Assembly: GCA_039809385.1 (NCBI GenBank)
Contig: JBDHUY010000012.1
Span: 1 to 64,000 of the forward strand
DNA from: Candidatus Altimarinota bacterium
GTDB lineage: Bacteria; Patescibacteriota; Gracilibacteria; JBDHUY01
Direction: 5' to 3'
DNA: 64,000 nt
Part shown: one piece after another, positions 36,470-48,214 of the stretch
Layout of the letters: every line of letters begins with the position of its first letter
Numbering within the stretch: the first letter of the stretch is position 1
The notes under the pieces: generated by a model
Told to the model about the DNA's origin: nothing
Seen by the model: only the letters and a program-made list of their open reading frames with translations
Database searches by the model: none
Position numbers and translations under genes: made by a program

Positions 36470-36781
36470 ATGGAAGAAAAACTTGGTCCGATCCGCAAAG
36501 GGCTACTGGAATTGGTGGTTTTGAAGATTATCTCGAATAAAAAAGTCTATGCCGCCGATATTCTCGAACGCCTCAAAAAAACCGAATTCGAAACCCAGGA
36601 AGGAACGCTGTATCCGTTGTTATCCAGGATGCGCCGGGAAGGCAGCGTGGAATACGAATGGGTCGAATCCGAAGCCGGGCCGCCGCGCAAGTACTATCGT
36701 CTGACCAAAGCCGGACGAGAGCAACTTAAATCGCTCCTAGGATATTGGGAAGAACTGCACGAGATTATCGAAAAGATGTAA
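36470..36781 (+). CDS. PadR family regulator
   Basis: RKGLLELVVL, EGTLYPLLSR, GPPRKYYRLT. Confidence 0.92.
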   Translation: MEEKLGPIRKGLLELVVLKIISNKKVYAADILERLKKTEFETQEGTLYPLLSRMRREGSVEYEWVESEAGPPRKYYRLTKAGREQLKSLLGYWEELHEIIEKM

Positions 36782-37008
36782 CTGGGGTGTCGATTCTCGT
36801 AGTAATGAATCATATAGCATCAAGAGGTTATCCCAAGCCTTTATTCTTCTTATATTCAACTAAACCTAAACTCTCAAATCGTTATCCTAATGTCATAGAT
36901 TCCCGCCGGAGTTTATCCTCGCGAATGCGGGGACAGGAACGACATACTCTGGAATACTGGAGCATTACCCTACCATCCTACCCCCTATACCTCTCTAACC
37001 CTATCTCT

Positions 37009-38169
37009 ATGAACAAAGTCATCATCATCAACCTCAACGGCCGGGCCTATAGTCTCGAAGAGGACGGCTATCATCTGCTCAAGAAATACCTCGATCAGTC
37101 GGCTGCCAAACTCGAACAAAACCCCGACAAAGATGAAATTCTTGCCGATCTTGAGCAGGCTATCGCCGATAAATGCGAGCATTTTCTCCATCCGAATAAA
37201 ACGGTCGTGGAGACAAAAGAGGTGGAGCAGATCCTGACAGAAATGGGCCCCGTCGAGACCGGAGCCGCAGAGAATGACACCAAACCGGAAGACGACCAGC
37301 AGCAACAAAGTAAAGAGGAGGCTCCCAAACGTCTCTACCAGATTCATGAAGGGGCCTGGATCAGCGGGGTCTGTACCGGTTTGGCCGCTTATTTCAACGT
37401 GGACGTGACCCTGATCCGGATCGCCTTTGTTATAGTCACTATCATTACCCACGGCATTGGTATTCTGGCCTACATCATTATGGCGATCCTGATTCCCTAT
37501 GCCCATACTTCCGAGCAAAAAGCCGAAGCGCGGGGGGTCCCGTTTAACGCCCGGGAGCTGGTGGAGCGGGTTAAAAAAAAGTACGCCCACTTTGACAAAC
37601 AGCACTGGCGCGAACAGAAAAAACAATGGAAAGCCTGGGCCAAAGAGCGTTCGCAAGATTGGCAAAAAAACTGGCAGCAGGACTGGAAACAGAACCAGGC
37701 CCCGCTGGCACGGGCCGGGGTGGGGCTCGGTATGGGATTGGTCTCAATAGCGATGGCCGCCGTATCGCTGCTGTGGGTTGCCGCTATTATTTCAGTGGTG
37801 ACTACCGGCGCGGTATTTGGATTTGTGTTTGTCGGAATTCCGCTCTGGCTTTCCATTCTGATCCTGATCTGCGCTTTTAATATAGTACTGTTACCGCTGC
37901 GCGGTATTCGGGCTTCGGTATACGGCTATTCGCACTATCACCACGACCAGGGGTTCTTCGGCATTCTGGATGCGATCATGTGGTTTTCGTTCATCGGATT
38001 ATCCGGCTGGCTGTTGTGGACGTATGTTCCCCAGACCCAGGTGTGGTGGGAACAACTGACGCACCATGAACAAACGACTTCCGCTCCGCAAAGTTCCATG
38101 ATCGACGCCAATTCCAACGATAACTCCGCTCCTGCGGTCGATTCTGTCCCAAATCAGAACGCGGTATAA
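37009..38169 (+). CDS. PspC-domain membrane protein
   Basis: MNKVIIINLNG...IL.DLE..IA; ISGVCTGLAAYFNVDVTLIR; usual PadR partner. Confidence 0.88.
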   Translation: MNKVIIINLNGRAYSLEEDGYHLLKKYLDQSAAKLEQNPDKDEILADLEQAIADKCEHFLHPNKTVVETKEVEQILTEMGPVETGAAENDTKPEDDQQQQSKEEAPKRLYQIHEGAWISGVCTGLAAYFNVDVTLIRIAFVIVTIITHGIGILAYIIMAILIPYAHTSEQKAEARGVPFNARELVERVKKKYAHFDKQHWREQKKQWKAWAKERSQDWQKNWQQDWKQNQAPLARAGVGLGMGLVSIAMAAVSLLWVAAIISVVTTGAVFGFVFVGIPLWLSILILICAFNIVLLPLRGIRASVYGYSHYHHDQGFFGILDAIMWFSFIGLSGWLLWTYVPQTQVWWEQLTHHEQTTSAPQSSMIDANSNDNSAPAVDSVPNQNAV

Positions 38170-38503
38170 AACTGGAAAAACCAGGAAAACATCATCGGAA
38201 GACTTTTGCTGATATCAAATCGCTCTTTTGCAAAAGAACGTTTCGCTGTTTCCGACATTATTCCAAACTGATTTTCTTCACGTATAATCCTGTTTGTCAA
38301 GCTCAATATAACAGCTCAAAGACTTGTTATAAGTCTTTCGAAGTCATAAGCGACGATTTTTCTTATCTTTTGTTCATAAACATTGTAGTACAATTTTTTA
38401 TCACCATACCGTGGGGTCGTCTCCTGTCGAGATACTGTTTGGGAGAGGAAGATCGATGCGTCGTGAAAGTCCGTATCTTACTTTCATTACTGCCGAACCT
38501 GCT

Positions 38504-41500
38504 ATGTCGGACCCCGTTGCTCCCGGAGACGTATCCAAAATAGAAGATGACACTGCTAGGATAGCAGCACCGATCCCGCTTGAGGTCGTGAGCGAACGTG
38601 GATTCCTTCAACCACAGTTAGAAGAGGTTCTTGGACGTCTCCGAGAAGCTTTGAATAATGATAGGCTTCTCGCCGATCCGGACCAAGTGAGACAATTATT
38701 GAGCGGTATCCAAGGCATGGTCGAGGGGGTTATAAGCAATGAAGAAGCCGCTCGTATCGAATATCAAACGCAGCTGCGGGCGCTTACCGACCGGGTACGC
38801 CAGCTGGAAGAGATCTTGTGCGGGCAATCCAGCCAAAGTGAAATTGTTCGAGTATTCTTCCTGTATGATGGGAGTCGCGGATGCGCAGACAGCTCGTTTC
38901 GAGTACGCCAATCCGGCTCTTCTAACATCTTTGGGGTATACCGAGACGTATTTTCGCGACACGCCTTTTCTGGATCTGGTTCATCCCGATGACCAAACTA
39001 CCACGGTTCTGGCTATGACGCGCCTCAATGGAGGGGGAGAGGTGCATGCTTTTATCAATCGTTACCGCTGCGCTGACGGCCGGTATCTCTATTTTGAGTG
39101 GAAGGCCTATCCTTTAAACGGGAAATATTACGCATTCGCCAATGATGTTACCTATCGCTATCAGAATCCGGTACCGACCAACGAGAGTGAGAATCCGGAA
39201 AAGAAAAAAAGATTCGGGTACTCTATCTGGGAGATAATGAATCCGATTTCCTTCTGGTAAGCGACCAATTTCCGGCTATAAAAAATAAAGAGTTCGAGTT
39301 TGACTGGGTAACCGATAAAACCGGTTTTCTTGTTGCCTTGGAAGATTCTTCGCGAAATTACGATCTCATTTTGGTGGATCATAATATTCCCGGCTATAAC
39401 GGCATGACTGCCTTAAAAAAAACCAAAGAAATTCATCCTGATGTGCCGGTTGTGGTTATTTCGGGGTCGGTTGCCGAGAACGATTTGAGTGAACTTGGTA
39501 ATACTGATGGGACATACTTTGTTTCGAAAAACAATCTTTCCACGGTACTCCAGAATCGAATTACCCAAGCCTGGAATCAATATGTTACGAAATGGAAAGA
39601 AAGAGAATCCCGGCGTGTCCTGCGATATCGTAACGAACGTTATCATACCTTGATCGAGAGTCTGGAAGACATGGTCGTTTTGCAGCTCAATGCCTCCGGG
39701 CAGATCCAGAATTGGAGTAGCGTCGCCGAGCGTATTGAAGGGTTCCGGTCCTCCGAGATCATCAATCAATCGATCGAAAGTTTTTATACCGATGCCGACG
39801 TAGCAGCGGGTATACCTCAAAAACATCTTGAAATAGCGAGTAAATTACCGTCTGGAAGGTTCGAAGAAACACGGGGGATTCGCAAGCGCAAAGACGGATC
39901 ACAATTTGATGCTCATACGACCATAAAAGCTATCAAGAACGAGCAAGGGAAAGTCGTCGGGTTTTCTTTTGTATTGCGTGATATTACCCTTTCGGTCAAA
40001 GACCGAGACCAGATTGTGCAACAGGCTGAACTGCTAGATCAGGCTCAAGACGGCATTTTGAAAATCTCCCTCGAGGGGAAGATACTGTATTGCAATCAGG
40101 GTGGTCACAAACTGTACGACAAGGATGGGCAAATGATTACCGGAACATCTATCTCAGACCTCCTGTTTCAAGGCAAATTTGAAGAATATCAGCGTATCTT
40201 GGAACAAGTCTTGCGTGAAGGTACGTGGGTTGGTCGTCTCAAGCATGACCGCAAAGTTGTCAAGAGCAGTTGGAGCCTCGTACAGGACGCCAATCATAAC
40301 CCCGTGGGTATTATTCTGATCAATACGGATATTACAGAACAGGTTCAGTTAGAAGAACGGCACTCCCGGGCCATGCGTATGGAGAGTATCGGAGGCCTGG
40401 CTGCAGGAATTGCTCACGACTTTAACAATCTACTAACTTCCGTTGTGGGAGGATTGCCTCTTATTAAGCTATTGATTGGCAAAATAATACATTCTCAAAA
40501 ACCCGGCGTTCCCTTGACTTTCGACGATTTCAAGAAGGTATACGGTCTACTGGACATGATGGAACAAGCAGGACAGGATGCGGCAAAGCTGACCCAACAG
40601 ATTATGGGTTTAGCACGAGATCGTAACGATACGCTGGTCCAGACCCGGCATATCATTACGCAATTAACTGAAATGTATAAAAGTACGTTTCCCAAGAATA
40701 TTGTGATCGAATCTAATTTTTCCCGTGACCTTTGGCCGGTCGTTTGTAATCCGACTGAGATCAGACAAGTTTTGACCAATTTGTGCGTGAATGCCCGGGA
40801 TGCGCTTTTTCCTGACGGTGGAAATCTAAATATACGTTCAGAAAATCGAGTCTTGGATGAAGTTTTTATCTCGACGTCCGGGATTTCCCAACAATTGACT
40901 CCCGGACCGTATGTATGTACTACGGTACAAGATTCGGGCTCCGGTATCGCTCCAGATGTTCTTCCGTATATTTTTGATGAATTCTTTACTACCAAAGGAG
41001 AGGCGGGGAATGGTTTTGGTTTAGCGACCGTTAAGAGTATCTGTGAAAAATACCGGGGAAGTATAATCGTCGATACGAAGCTCAGCGTCGGTACGACATT
41101 TCAAATCTATCTGCCCGCGAAACCTGATGTGAATGAGATGAAAAACGATGCGGAATCGCTTGAATTGCTACGGGGTCACGGTGAACGTATTCTGCTTGTG
41201 GATGATCAGGAATCTATCCGGACTATTACCTCCGAAAATCTTATGATGCAGGGGTATAAAGTTCTGGCGGCCCGAGATGGCACCGAAGCCCTAACTCTTT
41301 TTGTGGAGTCCTTGCAACAGGAAGAAAAAATCCATCTCGTACTGACAGATATGGATATGCCATCCATGGATGGCAATCAGTTAATGACTGCTCTCAAGAG
41401 AATAGATCATGATCTGGAAATCATGATCATGCGAGGCAGTCCTTCGGAATCGAAAACTATTCATCATCCCCAAGATGCTTCTAAAATTTTGAAAAAACCG

Positions 41501-41575
41501 TACACGCTTTTCGAACTTCTTTCTTCGATCCATGAAGTCCTGCAAGTGAATCGAGAAAAACCGACTACTTCTTGA
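38504..41575 (+). pseudogene. Coiled-coil/PAS/REC/PAS/PAS/HisKA/HATPase/REC hybrid sensor kinase split by two frameshifts
   Basis: PAS (VHPDD) in ORF 38739..39260; REC start KIRVLYLGDNESD is in frame with 39338..41575 but has no start codon; H-box IAHDFNNLLT, N box NLCVNARDA, G boxes, C-terminal REC. Confidence 0.75.
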
Positions 41576-41669
41576 GCTTTGAAGAAAGAATAAATGACCT
41601 GCCCTGATTGTTTGTCAGTAACAGTCGGTCTTGATGTAGATCGTTCCAAAATGCGTAGGGTACGAAAAC

Positions 41670-42218
41670 TTACTCCTGCGTTTTCAATAAGTGTTTAAAC
41701 TTCTCTTCGAACTTTTGTAGTTTGGGCGAAATCACGATCTGGCAGTAGGGCTGATACTGATTGTTATCGTAGTACTGCTGGTGGTACGCCTCGGCCGAAT
41801 AGAATTTATCCAGCGCTTTCACCTCGGTCACGATCGGCTGATCGAAAGCATGTTCGGCGGTTAAACGCGCGATAGAATTTTCGGCAGCCTGTTTCTGGTC
41901 TTCGTTCTGGTAGAGAATCACGGAACGGTATTGCGTCCCGCTGTCGTTGCCTTGACGGTTAAGCGTGGTCGGATCGTGGGTATGAAAAAAAACGTCCAAC
42001 AGATCCTGGTACGAAATCTGGGCCGGATCGAATTCGATCTGAATCGCCTCGGCATGACCGGTGTTCCCCATCGATACGCTTTCGTAGGTCGGATGTTCAC
42101 TACTGCCGCCCGCATATCCTGACGTTACGGTAATCACTCCTTTAAGCCGTAAAAACACCGCTTCGGTACACCAGAAACATCCTCCACCAAATACCGCTGT
42201 CTGAATCGGTTCTTCCAT
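41670..42218 (-). CDS. msrA: Peptide methionine sulfoxide reductase A
   Basis: [37 protein letters not shown]. Confidence 0.97.
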   Translation of the reverse strand: MEEPIQTAVFGGGCFWCTEAVFLRLKGVITVTSGYAGGSSEHPTYESVSMGNTGHAEAIQIEFDPAQISYQDLLDVFFHTHDPTTLNRQGNDSGTQYRSVILYQNEDQKQAAENSIARLTAEHAFDQPIVTEVKALDKFYSAEAYHQQYYDNNQYQPYCQIVISPKLQKFEEKFKHLLKTQE

Positions 42219-42519
42219 GCTTTTTAGGTAATGAAAAAAATAAACTGCGTTTATTCTACCTTTTTCACCGGACTATGTCTATTTTCCAGCTTACTCTTGA
42301 ATTATGGTAGAGAAAAAAACTACAATGACGAAGTACGGAGTGAGGAGAACGGAGTCGGGAGGAGGCTCGCCGCTTCACCCGGTGGGGCGGTATGAGTACT
42401 CTATGATAACGTAATACTGTATACTTACACTTGAACCGCGAGAACTTGTTGAAATTTATGGAAATTCATTGGTATCTGTCTTCACTGGCCCCCCGAAGGG
42501 GTATCCGTGCCTTGCTCAC

Positions 42520-42545
42520 GGGCAGACACACGGGTCTGCCGCTAC
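42520..42545 (-). repeat. GTAG-type REP-like palindrome, single copy
   Basis: Minus strand GTAGCGGCAGACCCGTGTGTCTGCCC. Confidence 0.6.
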
Positions 42546-42606
42546 TGGCCGATCACTATCCGCCTGTCTCCCAACTCCCCACACCCTACTCCTAACTTTG
42601 TCTTCC

Positions 42607-43236
42607 ATGTCTTCCCATCATCCCCGTCATACCGATCATCGTAATATCGCTTTGATTGCGGTTGTCCTCATTATTATCATCGCGCTCCTTGTGTGGTATC
42701 TGGTTTCCCGTAACAATCGCTCTTCTCTTTCGACGTATAACGAATTAACAACCAGTAGTGGCTCTGTCGTCGATACCGAGACCGCTACCTGGCCTCTTCA
42801 GGAGAATCCGGCTTTCGGTTATTCGTTCAAACTGCCTTCTGACTGGCAACGCAAAGACTGGCCCGACCGTGTCACCGGCCCGGTGCTGGTGTTTCAAACT
42901 TTTTCCTTGAATCTGCCCGAAGCGACCACCGCTCCGGTCGATCTGATCGACACACTTATATTGCAAGTGGTAGATCGGCCGTTTGAAAAAGTGCTGGAGG
43001 ATCAGCAAAATCTGGAAAATCTCAGTAGAAGCACGATCCTTCTTCCGACCAATAAATCGATTACCAAGCTTTCCGGGATCTGGCCGCGCGATTCGCTTTA
43101 TTCTGAACGACGGCAGTTGTATTTTGCCGCGCCGTTAGGTGGCCGCACGTTGCTCTTGGGGTTGCAAACCGCCAAAACGGGCAATCCGGATCTGGAAAGT
43201 CTGGTTTCAAAGATCGCCACCACCCTGATGTTTTAG
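42607..43236 (+). CDS. Membrane-anchored extracytoplasmic protein, possibly PsbP/Mog1-like
   Basis: Single N-terminal TM; W...N..FGYSFKLPSDW; C-terminal KIATTL.F. Confidence 0.55.
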   Translation: MSSHHPRHTDHRNIALIAVVLIIIIALLVWYLVSRNNRSSLSTYNELTTSSGSVVDTETATWPLQENPAFGYSFKLPSDWQRKDWPDRVTGPVLVFQTFSLNLPEATTAPVDLIDTLILQVVDRPFEKVLEDQQNLENLSRSTILLPTNKSITKLSGIWPRDSLYSERRQLYFAAPLGGRTLLLGLQTAKTGNPDLESLVSKIATTLMF

Positions 43237-43291
43237 TTTTTCGGTTTTTTACACTATTTCCCGTTCTTTTCTACCGGATTCCTCTTTGCCT

Positions 43292-44170
43292 ATGACAGAC
43301 TCGACTGTACTGCGCCTTGGCTATCTTATCTATACCTATGACCGGGTGGACGATGCGCGGATCCAGATGGAAATCGTGAGAAGGCTGTGGGAGCCGGTTT
43401 TCGGCTCCGTTTATCTGGTTCATGCGTTTAACGGGCTGAAGGAGTGGTATGACCGGCCGTATCTCGAAGACGATCTGCTGGTTCAGGACAATCCCGGACA
43501 CTTCGAGGGAGCTGCCAATCTGATCGATGCCGGTATTGCACAACTTTTGACGCGGCAAATCGACTATATCGTCGTGTCGGCGGCAGACACCTGGTGGATC
43601 AAACCGGCGTTTATCGCCGATAAGATCCGCGTCATGCGGCAAACCGGCAAAGTGTTTCTCTCCACCCCGTGGGGACTCAAGGATCAGAATAATCCCAAAG
43701 AGATGGGACTGGCGGGCGATACGTTTGTTTTGGAAGCTGCCTGGCAGCGCGCCTATAACTTTTTCCCGGTGCAGTACCGGGATTTTTATGACCGCTATAT
43801 TGAATTATTGCGCTATCTGGGACGCCAAAACGTTTCATATGAAGCGTTGTTATTTTCCAAATTCGTCAATGCGTGCCATCGTGAAATTATGCCCGCGAAC
43901 GTTGGCATCAAACAGCAGGTTCAAAAACGTATGCTGCTCTTAGAGGAGCGTATCCCGGTGCATACCGCGGTGAACGAGGAAGGCTACTGGGTCCGCCGCT
44001 TTCAGTGGCCAGATATTGGACTGCTGACCGATCACGATCCCGAACCGAAACAGCAAGTTCTCAGAGCCCAAAATTTGGAAGTAGGTCCGTTTTCGCGCAA
44101 ATTGATCGAATCGAACGATCTTGCGTACTATAACGGGCACATGCAACGAACCGTCCGGGGGCCGTATTAG
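43292..44170 (+). CDS. Hypothetical protein, possible GT-A-fold glycosyltransferase
   Basis: LIYTYDR N-terminal strand; DYIVVSAADTW resembles a DxD region. Confidence 0.45.
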   Translation: MTDSTVLRLGYLIYTYDRVDDARIQMEIVRRLWEPVFGSVYLVHAFNGLKEWYDRPYLEDDLLVQDNPGHFEGAANLIDAGIAQLLTRQIDYIVVSAADTWWIKPAFIADKIRVMRQTGKVFLSTPWGLKDQNNPKEMGLAGDTFVLEAAWQRAYNFFPVQYRDFYDRYIELLRYLGRQNVSYEALLFSKFVNACHREIMPANVGIKQQVQKRMLLLEERIPVHTAVNEEGYWVRRFQWPDIGLLTDHDPEPKQQVLRAQNLEVGPFSRKLIESNDLAYYNGHMQRTVRGPY

Positions 44171-44272
44171 CGGTTACTACTACGTTGTCCGGACAAATGT
44201 GTAAGGCTTGGTGATAACTCTCTATCTCTTCGGGTTTTTAAAAAATACCGCTACTATTCCAAAGAATCCATA

Positions 44273-45550
44273 TTATTTAACCTCAGTTTCAATTCCCTGT
44301 GATATGCTTGCAGAGAGTTTTTTATGGTCTTCTAGTTTTCGTAGTAGTCGCTCTTTACAAAGACGTAATTCTGAATTTTCAGGAAATAGTGTCAGTATTT
44401 CTTCATAAATTCTTAAGGCGTCTTCATGTCTTAATAGCTCTTCTAAAAGAATAGCTTTCCGCAGGCGAACATGAATGTTGTTATGAAGATCTGACGCGCA
44501 TTCATAGGCTTGCAGAGCTTCTTCTTTTCGATTCAGTCGTACTAATGTATCGCCCAACCTACAAAGTGTATAAGGGGTGTTGGGTTGAACTGTTAAGATA
44601 CCTTGATATCCTTCTAGAGCTTGTTCGTATAATCCCAACTTTTCTAATATGTTTAAGTACGATATTCGTACGTTGATGTCGCTCGGATCAAGCTCAACCA
44701 CTCTTTTATAAGCTCGTAAGGCTTCTTCATATGCTTTCATCCGGTAGCACAGGTTGGCTTTATCGATCAGATATTGCCTATTTTCGGGATCAAGTCGTAC
44801 TGACTCATTGCACGCTATCAAAGCCTGTCGTAAATTTCCCATTCTGTCTAAATTCTTGGCAATGTGCGACCAGAGTATGGGGTTATTGCTTTCGTCAAGA
44901 AGTAGTATTTTATAGGTATTGACGGCTTTTTCGTAGAGTCTCATCTGTTCGAGTAGAGCTGCTTTCTCATATATCAGATCTCGATTGTTCGGATTAATCT
45001 TTAGTTCTAGATCGCAGACCTTTAGATCTATCTCGTTCAATCCATCCTGATATTCTTGTTCCAAACGTTTTCTGAAGTACATACGTAGAATTTCCGAGGT
45101 TTCTTGATCAAAACCTGCTTCCATTTTCTCTTTTCCCCGCTGATACCACTGTTCTAGCTTAAATTTATATATTCCAATTGCTTTCGCTACTTCCAGACGT
45201 TCCGCTGGGGGAGTTACATGCGATACTCGTTTTGGATCCTTCCCCTTCGCATCCAAAGAGTAAATTCCGGATTGTACTTTATAAATTGTACGCTCAATAA
45301 TCTGCTCTTGTTCTTCAGAAGAAAAGTTTTGAAGCAATCCATCGAGAAGCATCAATAAATCCGTCTCTCCTAATTCAGAGTACAAATCTTGAATTGCACC
45401 TGATACGAGACCAAATCTCTCCTCAGGAGGGAGAAGTTCTAATATCTTTTGTATCCGTTCATATGCCTCATCTGGAGGTAAGTAAGTCTCTTTGCCTTCA
45501 CTATCCCCGTTTCCCGGCAATTCCTTTTGTGTGGGAGTTTCGGCTGACAT
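44273..45550 (-). CDS. TPR-repeat protein
   Basis: About seven TPRs in the C-terminal half. Confidence 0.8.
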   Translation of the reverse strand: MSAETPTQKELPGNGDSEGKETYLPPDEAYERIQKILELLPPEERFGLVSGAIQDLYSELGETDLLMLLDGLLQNFSSEEQEQIIERTIYKVQSGIYSLDAKGKDPKRVSHVTPPAERLEVAKAIGIYKFKLEQWYQRGKEKMEAGFDQETSEILRMYFRKRLEQEYQDGLNEIDLKVCDLELKINPNNRDLIYEKAALLEQMRLYEKAVNTYKILLLDESNNPILWSHIAKNLDRMGNLRQALIACNESVRLDPENRQYLIDKANLCYRMKAYEEALRAYKRVVELDPSDINVRISYLNILEKLGLYEQALEGYQGILTVQPNTPYTLCRLGDTLVRLNRKEEALQAYECASDLHNNIHVRLRKAILLEELLRHEDALRIYEEILTLFPENSELRLCKERLLRKLEDHKKLSASISQGIETEVK

Positions 45551-45688
45551 AGGTAAAATGTAATTTGGTGTAGAAGTCGGCTACTTTAAGCCAGTTTAGT
45601 AAAAAGTGTCAACATTTTGTGTTGTCAGAATAGTAGCATAATATGAAGAAAATGCCAGTCGCATCTGCCTGACGATAGCTATGTTTTT

Positions 45689-47017
45689 CTAGAGCAGCCA
45701 CGTGGCCAGTCCCAAAAACGAGACAAATCCGCCGATATCGGTACAGGTAGTCACAAAAACGCTGGAGGCCAGCGCCGGATCGAGACGCAGGCTTTTGAGC
45801 AAAAGCGGAATAACCGTGCCGCTGATACCGGCAATTAATAAATTCGTGATCATGGCCAGCGCGATTACCACGCCCAGCATCATATTGCCGTTGAAAAGAT
45901 ATGAAATGACCCCGATCAAAAGACCCAGCACCAAGCCGTTCATCAGTCCGATACCAATCTCTTTCATCAAAACTTTTCGCACATCCCGAAATTCCACCTC
46001 TTTCAGCGCGATGGCGCGTACCAGCACCGTGATGGCCTGGGTAGCAGCATTGCCGCCCATGCCCGCCACGATCGGCATATAGGCGGCCAAAATGACCAGT
46101 CGCTGGATGGTATCCTGAAATAACGTTACCACGCTAGCGGCCAGAATGGCTGTTCCCAGATTGACCACCAGCCATGGCAGACGCCTTCTGGCTGAACGAA
46201 ACGACGAGTCGAACACGCTTTCTTCTTTTCCCACGCCGGCCATACGGTACATGTCTTCGGATTGCTCTTCCACCAGCACGTCCACCACGTCGTCGGAGGT
46301 GATCTTTCCCAGCAATTTTCCTTTATCATCGACCACTGGCAGCGCGGGGAGGTCGGCATTTTTAAAGATATAGGCGACTTCCTCCTGGTCAGCCAATACC
46401 GGAACGCTCTTTTGGCCGGTGATCAGGTCGCCGATCTTGGTCTGCGGCGTGGCAATAACCAGGTTTTGCAGCGGGACGTAGCCTTTCAAAACTCCACGAT
46501 TGTCGGTTACGAACACCGTACCTTCATTTTTCAATTCCTTGGCTTGCCGCTGAATCCGTTTGATCGTGTCGAGTACCGAGAAATACTCGGGTACCTTGAT
46601 CAGCTCTTTCTGCATCAGATGTCCGGCGCTCGATTCGGGATACTGCATGATCTCTTCGATCTCCTGCGAATCTTTTTTGGACAGACCGCGCAGGATGATT
46701 TTGCGGCGTTGGGGAGGAATCAGGTACAATACATCGCTGATGTCGTCGGAATCCATCTCTTCGATCAGTTCGCGTACCTCGGGGTTGCTCATAGCTGATA
46801 GGACGTAGCGGCGCGAAAAGTGGTTCAAGTCCCAAAAAACTCCCTGCTTAAGGTCTACGGGGAGGAGACGGAATATCTTTTTTTTGCCGTGGGCGAAAAC
46901 GTTGATATAGTGTGCGACCTCTTCTTTGGATAAACCGCTCAGGAGCTTTTTCAGATCACGGTCTTGGTGCTTATGCAAAAAGGTCTCAATGCTGTCGGCG
47001 AGGTTATCGTGAGGCAT
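45689..47017 (-). CDS. mgtE: Magnesium transporter MgtE
   Basis: MgtE_N (EMDSDD), CBS pair, RLPWL, MGGN, DPALAS.VFVTT.TD. Confidence 0.95.
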   Translation of the reverse strand: MPHDNLADSIETFLHKHQDRDLKKLLSGLSKEEVAHYINVFAHGKKKIFRLLPVDLKQGVFWDLNHFSRRYVLSAMSNPEVRELIEEMDSDDISDVLYLIPPQRRKIILRGLSKKDSQEIEEIMQYPESSAGHLMQKELIKVPEYFSVLDTIKRIQRQAKELKNEGTVFVTDNRGVLKGYVPLQNLVIATPQTKIGDLITGQKSVPVLADQEEVAYIFKNADLPALPVVDDKGKLLGKITSDDVVDVLVEEQSEDMYRMAGVGKEESVFDSSFRSARRRLPWLVVNLGTAILAASVVTLFQDTIQRLVILAAYMPIVAGMGGNAATQAITVLVRAIALKEVEFRDVRKVLMKEIGIGLMNGLVLGLLIGVISYLFNGNMMLGVVIALAMITNLLIAGISGTVIPLLLKSLRLDPALASSVFVTTCTDIGGFVSFLGLATWLL

Positions 47018-47122
47018 GACGGGAAAGCGAAAAAAACGACGATAGTTGCATGGTATCGCGTTTTGTCATGTAAGACAAACCGAACGTTAAAAAAGCGATT
47101 CTTCCGGTTGCCGATTTGGCCT

Positions 47123-47150
47123 TTGACTTTTTCGGGTCAACCAGTAAAAT
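47123..47150 (+). promoter_or_regulatory. Putative tRNA-Glu promoter
   Basis: TTGACT-16-TAAAAT. Confidence 0.55.
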
Positions 47151-47173
47151 ATACCTGCTTTGTAAAAAATTGG

Positions 47174-47248
47174 GGCGCTATCGTCTAACGGTTAGGACAG
47201 CGGATTTTCAATCCGTCAATCGGGGTTCGATTCCCCGTAGCGCTACCA
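47174..47248 (+). tRNA. tRNA-Glu(TTC)
   Basis: Acceptor GGCGCTA/TAGCGCT, anticodon arm GCGGA-TTTTCAA-TCCGT, GGTTCGATTCC, encoded CCA. Confidence 0.96.
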
Positions 47249-47547
47249 TCCTACGCCATAGGCGGAGGATGTCCTTCATAGCCTTAGAGAAGAAGGACTC
47301 ATGATTTGCCCAAGAATCTTTCATGAAGGCTTCGGATGGCGCGGCCGTTAGTCCATAATCTGCGATTTGACCAGGCCTCGGCAATCAGTTGGAGAGGCGA
47401 GTAGCGAGTTTGCAAGAAAGAGACCTCTGAGTGTGAGGCAGTTTTTGTTATTTCTGGTTGAGTGATAATGTATGCTAGCTTTTCCTCTTGGTTCAAACAA
47501 GAGTATACTGTCGTTGGTCCATTTAACTTCCATAACCTCCGTTTCGT

Positions 47548-48030
47548 ATGCTGACCAAGACTGATCTTGAGAGCTACTTTACTAAAGAATCTCAAACGAC
47601 GATTAAAGTAATGCGGGCTTTTCCGGCGGATCAAAAGGATTTCAAACCGCATGAAAAGTCGCAAGAGGCGATTCGGTTGATGTCGACGTTTGTGTTTGAG
47701 ATGTATTTGCTCTCTACGTATTTGTTTGGCGATGAACTGGATCGTGCACGGTTTCAGACGTACCAGCCGGAGAGTGTCGAGGCGGTGATCGGCGATTTTG
47801 AAAAAGAGACTGCCGGTGTGTTGAGTCGTCTTATGACGTTGCCTGACAGCGGTCTTGAAAAGACTGTGGAGTTTGCGGGAACGAAGTTTATGGCGGATGA
47901 GTTTGCGATGATGATGTTGCACGATCAGATTCATCATCGCGGCCAGCTGACGGTCTATGTGCGGATGGCTGGCGGGAAAGTCCCTTCTATTTACGGCCCT
48001 TCGGCGGATGACGAGTCGACGAATTTGTAG
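47548..48030 (+). CDS. DinB family protein
   Basis: DFKPHEKS, H..HHRGQL.VY.R..G.KVPSIYGPSAD. Confidence 0.9.
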   Translation: MLTKTDLESYFTKESQTTIKVMRAFPADQKDFKPHEKSQEAIRLMSTFVFEMYLLSTYLFGDELDRARFQTYQPESVEAVIGDFEKETAGVLSRLMTLPDSGLEKTVEFAGTKFMADEFAMMMLHDQIHHRGQLTVYVRMAGGKVPSIYGPSADDESTNL

Positions 48031-48214
48031 AGGATTTCAAAGCACATTTATCCTGGCTTGAAGTCTGAGTAAGGTGCTATTTACGTCAGATAGTAACTGG
48101 TTTTAGTTACTTCCTGACACAAAATAAACTTCTTCTTGGATGTTTTTTTTGTTAGAATACCAATCTTCTGCCCAGAACAAGGAGAGCAATTATTCCAATT
48201 TGTTCTAGCATGAA

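Noticed and set aside
39198-39212. Canonical dnaX-type programmed -1 frameshift (A AAA AAG)
   Set aside because: AAAAAAG is present but not in the required phase of the upstream frame (codons are AAA AAA AGA); kept only as a homopolymer indel or slippage candidate.
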